A stretch of DNA of 64,000 nucleotides from IMG/VR virus record IMGVR_UViG_3300006805_000023. One strand, written 5' to 3'. This stretch comes from a virus. Lineage: Duplodnaviria; Caudoviricetes. The translations under genes and the position numbers were made by a program. Each line of letters starts with the position of its first letter. The stretch's first letter is position 1. This document shows, in pieces, positions 56,505 to 64,000 of this stretch. A model generated the notes under the pieces. It worked only from the letters and a program-made list of their open reading frames with translations. It made no database searches and was not told where the DNA came from.

Positions 56505-57932
56505 TTAGCTGCCGAAGCTGGTCGGCATGTTGCTGATGCGGACCGTCGAGTAGTACTTGTTGTTGATCATCGCCTTGCCGTAGCTGGAGGCGAAACCGCG
56601 ACGGCTCATGAAGTCGTCCAGCTCGACCGTTGGGGTCGTGAAGAGCAACAGCCAAGGAGCGAAGACGTAGCCCGTGCGGACGAATTCGTTGCCCTTGTAG
56701 CCGACGAGGGTTTCGGTGACGGGGTAACGGGTGTCGCCGTAGAGGTCGAGACGACCCAGCTTGCCCATTTCGTGCGCACCTTCGATCTCGGCGTCGTCGT
56801 TCTTCGCTTCGAAACCAGCGAGGGTCTCGACGATGTTGGAAGCCTGCTGGCCGAGCAGAGCCCAGTTCGCACGAGCACGGTTGGTGCCACGGGCGATGAA
56901 GCTGGAAGCACCGACGAGGGCGTCGATGAAGGACAGCTTGTGTTCCTGGAAGCTGATGTAGCTGCCGGTCGGGATGTTCGCGGACCAGTTGAAGGTACCA
57001 GCGCCAGCCTGCTTGCGGACGTCTTCGATCAGCTGACGGTCCACTTCCCAGTGGAGGTGATTGGTCACCGCTGGAGCCAGCATCGACTCAGCGTTCACCT
57101 TGTGGAGAGCGTCGAGAGCCATTGCGGCCTCACGGGTCCAGCGAGCGCGCAGCTTGCGGGTTTCCGCACGGATCGGGCGGCTCTGGAGCTCAAGGTCCAC
57201 CTGCTGGGACTCAGGGTTGAGTTCCTGGTGGTAGTTGTAGCTCACTTCGACCGCCGTGCCATCAACTGGCAGGCCGACGTCAGAGATCGACACTTCACCG
57301 GTCGCGTAATCGACGGAGCCTTTGGCAACCGAAGCCACGTTGTACATGATGCCGTCGCCGCCATCACGATAGACCGCCGTGTCGGCGACCAGCTGCAGGG
57401 TGCCGGGGATCAGAGGGGTGTAGGCCAGGCTGCCGGAGGTGGCAGAGCTGGACACCGCACCGAGCATTTCGGAGGTGACGCGGTCGCCGGAGTCCGTGTA
57501 ACGGTCAGCGTGGCCGGTCAGCGCATCCCAGATCTTGGAGCCGCGAGGGGTGTTGCCCTTGTCCTTGCCGGTCACGAAGTTCGCGAAGAAGATCAGACCG
57601 GTTGGGCCGTCGAGTGGCTGCACCGTGAAGAGCTTCTGGGCGATCAGGTTTTCCGACATGATCGAGATCATCGGCATGGCGTACTTGTCCCAAGTGCCAA
57701 TGTTGGTGCTCGTGGTGTTTTCCACCATGCCGTTGTTGATGGCATTGCGGTAGTTTTCGAGCATGTTGGCAGCGAAAGCCTTGGTGTAGTCGTCAGGAAG
57801 GCCATCGACCATTTCCTTCCAGCCCTTGGCTTCCATGATGTTGCCTTTGGAACCGACGCCCATGGGGGTTTCGGCGAGTTTGATGCCTCGAACGAGAGTC
57901 TCGACGAGTTTGGAGTTGTCAACGTGTGTCAT
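56505..57932 (-). CDS. major capsid protein (T4 gp23-like)
   Basis: VQPLDGPTGLIF, I.AETRKLRARWT.EAA..L.A.H..NAE..L, GY.FAPW, GFASSYG. Confidence 0.95.
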   Translation of the reverse strand: MTHVDNSKLVETLVRGIKLAETPMGVGSKGNIMEAKGWKEMVDGLPDDYTKAFAANMLENYRNAINNGMVENTTSTNIGTWDKYAMPMISIMSENLIAQKLFTVQPLDGPTGLIFFANFVTGKDKGNTPRGSKIWDALTGHADRYTDSGDRVTSEMLGAVSSSATSGSLAYTPLIPGTLQLVADTAVYRDGGDGIMYNVASVAKGSVDYATGEVSISDVGLPVDGTAVEVSYNYHQELNPESQQVDLELQSRPIRAETRKLRARWTREAAMALDALHKVNAESMLAPAVTNHLHWEVDRQLIEDVRKQAGAGTFNWSANIPTGSYISFQEHKLSFIDALVGASSFIARGTNRARANWALLGQQASNIVETLAGFEAKNDDAEIEGAHEMGKLGRLDLYGDTRYPVTETLVGYKGNEFVRTGYVFAPWLLLFTTPTVELDDFMSRRGFASSYGKAMINNKYYSTVRISNMPTSFGS

Positions 57933-57977
57933 TGCAGTGGGTAGCGTTTAGCTTGGGTGGGTGGTGAGTGCTTGGGG

Positions 57978-59888
57978 TTACTTCTTCTTGGGCTGAGCGC
58001 GACGAAGGGAACCGAGGAGACTGACCGACTCATTCAAGTCCTCAGCCGGAGGGGCAGGAGGAGCAGGAGGAGCCGGAGGGGTACCACCGGGTTTCGGGGC
58101 GCTCTCATTGAGCTTGGAAGCGGCGGCTTTGACAATGCGGTCCGAAGCTTCTTCAAGCTTGGTGTAGACCTTGATGCCCTCAAGTTCAGCCTTGTTGGCT
58201 TCGTAGAGTTCGGGCTTGATCTGCTTGAACAGCTGACGGCCCATCTCGGTCATGTCCTTGTTGTACTTCGTCGCGAGCTTCCGAGCGGCCTGTTCGTACA
58301 GGTCACCACCTTCACCGCGTTTGCCACGGTTACTTTCCTTGAGAGTCTTGTGTTCCTGGATCAGCGTTTCCGTGGCGGCGTTGAGGCGCTTGGTGCGGTT
58401 TTCGTTGATCTGCAGACGGCGCTGGAGCTTGGCGATGCCACGCTTGGCCTCGGGGAGGGTCGCAGGCTCGGGGATTTCTTCGAACGGCTCCTCACCGCCA
58501 GCTGCGTCATAATCGACGGGATCGGTGGCGACGCCGTCGGCGTTGGCTTCGAGTTCGTCGGCGAGTGCCAGAGCGGCTTCAGCGTCCACGCCACCTTCAG
58601 CGGAGGTGCGGAGCATGTCGGCGGCCTTGATCAGGAGGTCCGCAGTGGCGGAGCCTTCTTCGTTGCCTTCGTCTTCACCGCCAGGGGCAGGAGGAGCAGG
58701 AGGAGCGCCAGCGCCGGGGGCGGGAGGAGCAGGAGGGGCCGGAGGGGCGTCTTCTTCGTTCTCGTCGAGGCGGGTCGCGAAAGCGGTGAGGCGAGCGTTG
58801 GCGTCTTCGATGATGAGTTTGACATCCGGGTCTTCACGCATCAGGGCAGCAGCCTTGACGCGCATGGTGTCGATGGACTCAAGAAGCGCAGCCTTGTCGG
58901 AGGTCCTGAGTTTGGTGAAGTCCGTCTGGGCAAGACGGATGGCGTTGGTTTTAAGCTCGCGGGCTTCGATGAGTTTGCTCATTTCGGTGGTATTTTGCGT
59001 TGGTGTTGGGGCGGAGATTGGGGCGGGAACTGGTGCAGGAGGCGTCGGAGCGGTCTCGACGATCTTCTCTTTCGGTTTGAGAGCTGCGGCAGCTTCAGTG
59101 ATGCATCCCAGAGCGCTGGAGACTGAATCGAAGGTGCCGAAGTTGAGGGCGTCGTTGCCAGCGAACTTGAGCTTCCCGTCCTGACCTTCGATCAGAGAGA
59201 GTTTGCCGAACGCGCTGGAGACGACCGATACCAGAGTGCGGTTGATCGCGGATTCCTGGATGTCTTCTTCTGGACTTGGAAGGGTTGGAGCACGACCGGC
59301 GGCAACTTCCTGAATGTTCCTTGGGATGGCGCGCTGCACGGATGGCGTGAAGACCACGTCCCACGTTTCGAGCATGAAGTCCTCGTTGACGTCCAGGAAA
59401 CCTTCGGCCTGAGTGGTGGTGCCTGAGCCACGGCTGGAGACACCCCAGCGGACACGGGCTTCGATGAGGGACCGCAAGAGGTTACCCTGCGGCGTCGGCA
59501 GGACCTCAAGGGTGCCAAGGATGTCGCCTTCGCGCAGTTCACCCTTCGATTCGGCAATTTCAGACTCGGTGGCAAGCCAGACCTTGGTTACGACGTGGGA
59601 GGCCTCAGCCATCCTGGTCATACCGTCTTCTGGGTGCTCGATCATCCCAAGGACACCGCGCTCGGCGAGCATCTTGGAGAAGTCACTGCCGGGGGCAAGG
59701 TTCTTCTCCCAGAGCTTCTTGCCGTAGCGGCGACCGTTGAGGTTGGTCTCCACATGGTTTTGAAACACGCCAGTCGCCTGGAAAGTGGTGCGACCGGCTG
59801 CTTCGTGCAGCTGAATCGGGCCGTATTGACGGAAGCCGCTCTTTGAGAGGGACTCCTGTACTGTCTGCCATTCACTGAGTTTAATCAT
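57978..59888 (-). CDS. prohead protease (gp21-like) fused to scaffold/core region
   Basis: GVFQ....N.NGRRY, LG..EHP, ASH, TP.G..L..L....V.WGVSSRGSG, TWDVVFTPS; acidic, Pro-rich C-terminal half; TAGGTAT 7 nt upstream. Confidence 0.88.
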   Translation of the reverse strand: MIKLSEWQTVQESLSKSGFRQYGPIQLHEAAGRTTFQATGVFQNHVETNLNGRRYGKKLWEKNLAPGSDFSKMLAERGVLGMIEHPEDGMTRMAEASHVVTKVWLATESEIAESKGELREGDILGTLEVLPTPQGNLLRSLIEARVRWGVSSRGSGTTTQAEGFLDVNEDFMLETWDVVFTPSVQRAIPRNIQEVAAGRAPTLPSPEEDIQESAINRTLVSVVSSAFGKLSLIEGQDGKLKFAGNDALNFGTFDSVSSALGCITEAAAALKPKEKIVETAPTPPAPVPAPISAPTPTQNTTEMSKLIEARELKTNAIRLAQTDFTKLRTSDKAALLESIDTMRVKAAALMREDPDVKLIIEDANARLTAFATRLDENEEDAPPAPPAPPAPGAGAPPAPPAPGGEDEGNEEGSATADLLIKAADMLRTSAEGGVDAEAALALADELEANADGVATDPVDYDAAGGEEPFEEIPEPATLPEAKRGIAKLQRRLQINENRTKRLNAATETLIQEHKTLKESNRGKRGEGGDLYEQAARKLATKYNKDMTEMGRQLFKQIKPELYEANKAELEGIKVYTKLEEASDRIVKAAASKLNESAPKPGGTPPAPPAPPAPPAEDLNESVSLLGSLRRAQPKKK

Positions 59889-59950
59889 TGCTCGGATACC
59901 TATGACGCCCTGACCGGAGACTCGCTCTGAGTGCAACCTGATGCGCTCCG

Positions 59951-60364
59951 TTAAGCCTCGTCTGTACTGACCGGCAATGGGCGCATCGGAGACGGCGCAA
60001 CGCGTCCGGCTAACACGGACTTAGGCATGACAACTGGAGGGGCGTCTGGGAAGCCCGGTTCCAACTTGACGTAGGCCTGGCTGAAGTTCCAGATGTGTTG
60101 AAGCGACTTCTCGGCACGCTCTTTAGTAACACCGAACCTAGCCAGCTTCTGCAGCACCTGAGGGTCGTCCCCCATGATCGAGACCGTCTGACCACCATTC
60201 CACATCACCCTGAACATGGGCGACATTGGACGGCGTGTCAGTAGCACGTAACCAGGGTTTGGAACCTTCGGCACCCCGAACGGCACCTTGTAGTACTCCC
60301 GCTCTGGCAAGTCCAGAGTGTGACGCATCAGGGCGTCCTGCAGGAGATAATTCTTGAATGGCAT
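59951..60364 (-). CDS. hypothetical protein
   Basis: 137-aa ORF in the head operon. Confidence 0.6.
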   Translation of the reverse strand: MPFKNYLLQDALMRHTLDLPEREYYKVPFGVPKVPNPGYVLLTRRPMSPMFRVMWNGGQTVSIMGDDPQVLQKLARFGVTKERAEKSLQHIWNFSQAYVKLEPGFPDAPPVVMPKSVLAGRVAPSPMRPLPVSTDEA

Positions 60365-60373
60365 AGCCGTAGG

Positions 60374-60997
60374 CTAGTTGAACATTGACGCCAGCAAGTC
60401 CTCAAGAGCTTGCTTGGTCGAGGACTCCGTGACCTGGACTCCCCCAAACAGCCACGTGCCAGCAGCTGCCTTGAAATCGTCCATCATAGCCCCGCTGTAC
60501 ACCGACAGCAGCGGAGTCAGGCTGAACGGCCTCTTGCCAGACACGAAGTCGGCGGTTGACGGGTGCTCAGCCAAGGGGACGCCGTGGGCGTAGCCGCCGG
60601 ACTTCACGAGAGCGTTGGTAATGTGGATGGCGACCAGACGCGAGACGGCGTCGGAAAACTTCTGATAGACAACTCGGAGCGGAACACCAGAGTTGATGTG
60701 GTGCTCGATTTGTTCGATCGTGCGAGCCCGTGGAGTAACGAGCTTGTGCTGCCAAGTCAGACGGCTGCGCGGAGTCATCCGGTCCCAATAGGCCTCAAGG
60801 AATGACTGCGTGACCAAATAATGGGAGTCCTCGCCCTTGTCGAGGCACTCCTGAGCGATGTACACGACGTTCTCGACCTTGTCGTAGTAGCTGAACCTGC
60901 CGTTGATTCCGGGCGAGATCTTGTGCGGCGATGAGAACAGGTCGCTGGCTTTGATGTGGGAACGCAGCATCCCCATATAAGTGTTGAGGTCAGACAT
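60374..60997 (-). CDS. hypothetical protein
   Basis: ATG 60997 overlaps the stop of the upstream gene. Confidence 0.6.
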   Translation of the reverse strand: MSDLNTYMGMLRSHIKASDLFSSPHKISPGINGRFSYYDKVENVVYIAQECLDKGEDSHYLVTQSFLEAYWDRMTPRSRLTWQHKLVTPRARTIEQIEHHINSGVPLRVVYQKFSDAVSRLVAIHITNALVKSGGYAHGVPLAEHPSTADFVSGKRPFSLTPLLSVYSGAMMDDFKAAAGTWLFGGVQVTESSTKQALEDLLASMFN

Positions 60998-61817
60998 AAC
61001 GGGGAGGAGTTGGAGGGGACGGTGGCCTTGGTCCGGTCGAGGTGCTGGGTTGAGTTCCAGGCGGTGCTGGCTTGCCGTCTGGCTGGTCGGACCCGATCTC
61101 CTTGGTCGGGACATCTTCGGTCCCCTGATCTGGATGATCGGGGTCAATGACCGTGGTCCTAGTGGCGTCAGACTTCACGACCTGTCGCCTTCTAGTGTTG
61201 CCGTTCTGGACTGTGATGACCGGCTCCCCCGGCTTCGGCGGTGGGTTGGTTTCGAACAGGGCCGACATCAGCCTTGGCCCAGCCTGAACGGAGTCCCTCA
61301 AGCCCAGCTTCGACGCGAGGCCCTGAACCTCACTAGGAGGCTGCTCTTCTTCCTTGCCTTTGCTTGGGGCTGCATCTTTCGAGGGGCTGGCTGTGTCTTC
61401 ATTGTCGTCGCCTTCTGGTGGAGCATCTGGGACTTCTTCTGAGTCGGGAATTTGGACGCGCAGGCGCTGCAGACCCTCGAGGGTCTGTCGCATGTACTTG
61501 GAAAGCTCCGTGTCAGCGCTTCCCAGGATGTCCTGAATCTTGGCGACCAGTCCTGGGATCTGCTGCGAGGGGTCAGTCTGGGGGTCCGGCTTGAACTGAT
61601 GCATGGCACCCACCAGAGCTTCGATAAGCAGCTTCTCTTCGCTCTCTGCCGGGAGAGCACTGCTTGACAGGGCGCGTTCGTTCAGGAACTGGGTGGCGGT
61701 AAGCCACACGTCGCTGTACGACTTGTAAGCGTCATTTTCAAGCAGGATGGCGTGCAGCCTGCTCGTGCCGCTGCTTGCCCCCTTCGTTTCACTCAACAGG
61801 CACCTAAGGAGTCTCAT
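60990..61817 (-). CDS. hypothetical protein, candidate internal head protein
   Basis: TAGTTAT 5 nt upstream; LLSET, LLEN, LNER and LIEA motifs. Confidence 0.65.
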   Translation of the reverse strand: MRLLRCLLSETKGASSGTSRLHAILLENDAYKSYSDVWLTATQFLNERALSSSALPAESEEKLLIEALVGAMHQFKPDPQTDPSQQIPGLVAKIQDILGSADTELSKYMRQTLEGLQRLRVQIPDSEEVPDAPPEGDDNEDTASPSKDAAPSKGKEEEQPPSEVQGLASKLGLRDSVQAGPRLMSALFETNPPPKPGEPVITVQNGNTRRRQVVKSDATRTTVIDPDHPDQGTEDVPTKEIGSDQPDGKPAPPGTQPSTSTGPRPPSPPTPPRYV

Positions 61818-61834
61818 TGGTGATAACTAGGGGA

Positions 61835-62293
61835 TCACACTGGTGGGTGGCTTGGATAGTCGAACGGCGGGGTTTCGTCGTTGATCGTGCCGACCTTCGG
61901 ATCGGTCGGATGTAGGAACACACTGAATGCAACGGAGGCCGCCCCGCGAACCATCAAAGAGGTGACGCCATCGTTACCGGCCACGCCTGCGGCCAGGAAC
62001 TCGATGTCGGTGAACCAGTCGTCGAAGGAGACCGTGACGGACTGCTGCGGAACGACGGTGTTGATCTGGGAACTGCCGACCTTGACGCCGTCCTTCATGG
62101 AACGCAGAGTGAGTTCCACCGGCTTACGCCCGACGTTGGTCAGGTGAATCTCTGCCTTGATGCGTGGCACAGGCGTTGCTAGGGTAACACCGTTGCGGGT
62201 CAGCCCCTGCAACACGCTGTTGCCGTCTTGGGTCAGTCGAAGGAACACGCCTTCACCGGTCAAAGTCTGTAGCTGAGGAAGTGGGCTGGTCAT
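61835..62293 (-). CDS. putative beta-rich structural protein
   Basis: TAGCTAT 5 nt upstream; alternating hydrophobic beta-strand pattern. Confidence 0.55.
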   Translation of the reverse strand: MTSPLPQLQTLTGEGVFLRLTQDGNSVLQGLTRNGVTLATPVPRIKAEIHLTNVGRKPVELTLRSMKDGVKVGSSQINTVVPQQSVTVSFDDWFTDIEFLAAGVAGNDGVTSLMVRGAASVAFSVFLHPTDPKVGTINDETPPFDYPSHPPV

Positions 62294-62332
62294 CCCGAAT
62301 AGCTACGACGAGGTTGGTTTTGCGGGGGGGAC

Positions 62333-62360
62333 TTGACAGGCGCTCCGGATGTGCTAAGTT
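62333..62360 (+). promoter_or_regulatory. sigma70-like promoter TTGACA-N16-TAAGTT with extended TG
   Basis: Upstream of ATG 62396. Confidence 0.65.
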
Positions 62361-62395
62361 TCACCCGTCCGCTTAAACAGCACTCCCATCACACT

Positions 62396-63103
62396 ATGAT
62401 CACTGCCATCTCAATCGCCCCGACCTCCACCCCAGCCCCGACCCTCCCACCGGCTGACCTCACCATTGAGCTCTACCGGGCCGAACTCTCCAGAGACTTG
62501 GCCCTCATCGCCGAGTTCAACGGCGAGAGCGACAGCAAGCTGCGTCGCGAAATCGCCTCCAGCAACAGCCGTCGCTCCCACCTCATCATGGCACGCACCG
62601 CGATCCGCAAGTGGACTGAGAACGAGGCCCCGGCGATCCTGAAAGGCGACGTTCACATCAAGATGATCGGCGGCAAGGAAGTCGTCGATCCCTACGTCAA
62701 GCTGTCCAAGGACCTCAACCTGGACTCCCGTTTCTTCCAGATTCCGTCGGCCATCAAGGCACCGAAGGTCAAGGGGGTGACGGAGGCGCAGACCGCTGCC
62801 AGCAACATCCAGGCACGCTTCCGCAAGCTGCGCGAGGTCTCTTGCATGGACTGGCACTTCAAGCTGGAATGGATCACCGACATGACCCTGCGCATCCGCA
62901 TCGCCAAGCTGATCTGGTGGGACATGGCGAATACTCTCAAGAACCAGAACTGCGTTCTTACGGAACTGGTGAACGCTCCTATCACAACCGCTCAGGTTAT
63001 GGCCTACACGGAGGAGCAGGTCGCCTTCGAATTGTGGCGTCTGGGCTGGCCTGCAACTATGGCAGCCGACCGCGCCTTCCACGCCCAAAAACCACAGAAA
63101 TGA
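62396..63103 (+). CDS. hypothetical protein
   Basis: Strong codon bias; behind a promoter. Confidence 0.7.
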   Translation: MITAISIAPTSTPAPTLPPADLTIELYRAELSRDLALIAEFNGESDSKLRREIASSNSRRSHLIMARTAIRKWTENEAPAILKGDVHIKMIGGKEVVDPYVKLSKDLNLDSRFFQIPSAIKAPKVKGVTEAQTAASNIQARFRKLREVSCMDWHFKLEWITDMTLRIRIAKLIWWDMANTLKNQNCVLTELVNAPITTAQVMAYTEEQVAFELWRLGWPATMAADRAFHAQKPQK

Positions 63104-63492
63104 GAGCACCTGAAGACTCCTACCCTCTTGAGCCCGTGCCGGACGCAGAGCTTGACGACATCATCGGGCGCTTCTATCTGAAGAGGGAGGAGTTTGCGGC
63201 AGCGTTCGAGCTGTCCAAGCTCGCTGTCGCCCTCGGAGTGAACGACCGTTGTCCGTGCGGCTCTGGTCGTAAGGTCAAGAAGTGTCACGGCGGGCTCCAC
63301 GCCGAGAAGATCGAGACCCGGTTCCGCCGGTCAGAGGCAGCTCTGCGCACTTCTCCCTACGACTGGCTCAGCGCGGTTGACCCTCAGAACTACCCACCAT
63401 CTTGGCAACTCAGTCACAGCGCTACGCGGGGGTTGCTTGCCATGTCAGCCATGGCTGCCTGGAGCATGGGAGGAGGCCGCGCCCGTTGGTAG
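63100..63492 (+). CDS. SEC-C motif protein
   Basis: NDRCPCGSGRKVKKCHG; ATGA coupling. Confidence 0.7.
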   Translation: MRAPEDSYPLEPVPDAELDDIIGRFYLKREEFAAAFELSKLAVALGVNDRCPCGSGRKVKKCHGGLHAEKIETRFRRSEAALRTSPYDWLSAVDPQNYPPSWQLSHSATRGLLAMSAMAAWSMGGGRARW

Positions 63493-63930
63493 TCAGGCCG
63501 CCAGTTTGTGAGCTTGACTGCGTTCCCATCTTGGGTTGAACGGCATCCCCTCAGACTCAGCCCTGCGCTCCATGGCGTCATTGTTCAAGATCCGCTGCAG
63601 CATTTCTTGGCGGCAATGTTCCAGAAACACGCTCTTGACCTTTTCCGGGCTCCCCCTCAAACACCTCACCACTGCTTTGTTGCGCATCCAATGCCAGTCC
63701 ACCAACACTCCCGGCAAACTGTGACGGGTGGCGATCACTGCCTGCTCAGTTCTCCCCTTGTCAATCGGACTGAGGCAAACGAACTCACCTTCGCGCATCA
63801 CCTCTTGATTGCAATGCTGCAGGTCGTCGCCGATCGTCACTGACCAGCCGGTAGTCCGCAAAACCTCAGGGAGTTCTGCAGCAAATAGTTCTTCAACAGG
63901 GTCTTCGTGTGGGGTCGAGTATTCTGACAT
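63493..63930 (-). CDS. hypothetical protein
   Basis: 145-aa ORF abutting its convergent neighbour. Confidence 0.55.
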   Translation of the reverse strand: MSEYSTPHEDPVEELFAAELPEVLRTTGWSVTIGDDLQHCNQEVMREGEFVCLSPIDKGRTEQAVIATRHSLPGVLVDWHWMRNKAVVRCLRGSPEKVKSVFLEHCRQEMLQRILNNDAMERRAESEGMPFNPRWERSQAHKLAA

Positions 63931-64000
63931 GATAATAACTTACCCAGAAATCGGGGAGCCCCCTGATCAGTCGGTGAAACCGCCTTGTCATTCAGCACTT

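Noticed and set aside
56493-59184. Long plus-strand ORFs opposite the capsid and protease genes
   Set aside because: Antisense shadows of clearly identifiable minus-strand genes
63931-63942. TANNTAT site upstream of ORF 63930
   Set aside because: The sequence is TAAGTTAT, one base off the spacing, so it was not counted among the 14 exact sites
1-64000. tRNA genes, including an amber suppressor
   Set aside because: No cloverleaf with a T-loop GTTCRA context recognised in the intergenic gaps; a tRNAscan run on the full genome is still needed

Overview
The whole window is a gene-dense, GC-rich segment of a large contractile-tailed dsDNA bacteriophage, probably a jumbo myovirus. No host chromosome, rRNA, tRNA or CRISPR array is visible. 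It carries a T4-superfamily head module (portal, prohead protease fused to scaffold, gp23-like capsid, large terminase) and tail/baseplate genes (sheath, gp25-, gp53/LysM-, gp5/VgrG- and hub-like proteins, tape-measure-like protein, fibres). These are interleaved with replication and nucleotide genes: UDG-fused family A DNA polymerase, NAD ligase, UvsW-like helicase, RecA, gp32-like SSB, 5'-3' exonuclease, class Ia RNR, dTMP kinase and MazG-like enzymes. Three inteins are present (NrdA, PolA, TerL), each non-canonical. Highlights: (1) the PolA intein is cut by a single in-frame TAG that separates the catalytic motif C from the rest of the enzyme (split intein, readthrough or error); (2) a phage-specific TANNTAT element lies just upstream of 14 structural-operon start codons, and a sigma-region-2/Mor-like hybrid protein is a candidate reader; (3) a Zn-finger/Vsr/Mom-GNAT/HTH fusion sits next to the capsid gene; (4) a candidate head-packaged transglutaminase-like plus ADP-ribosyltransferase effector; (5) a late membrane-anchored PAS protein; (6) poly-serine modular virion proteins, tandem GroES paralogs, and largely SD-less or leaderless translation. 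All calls come from motif recognition by eye; no database search was run.
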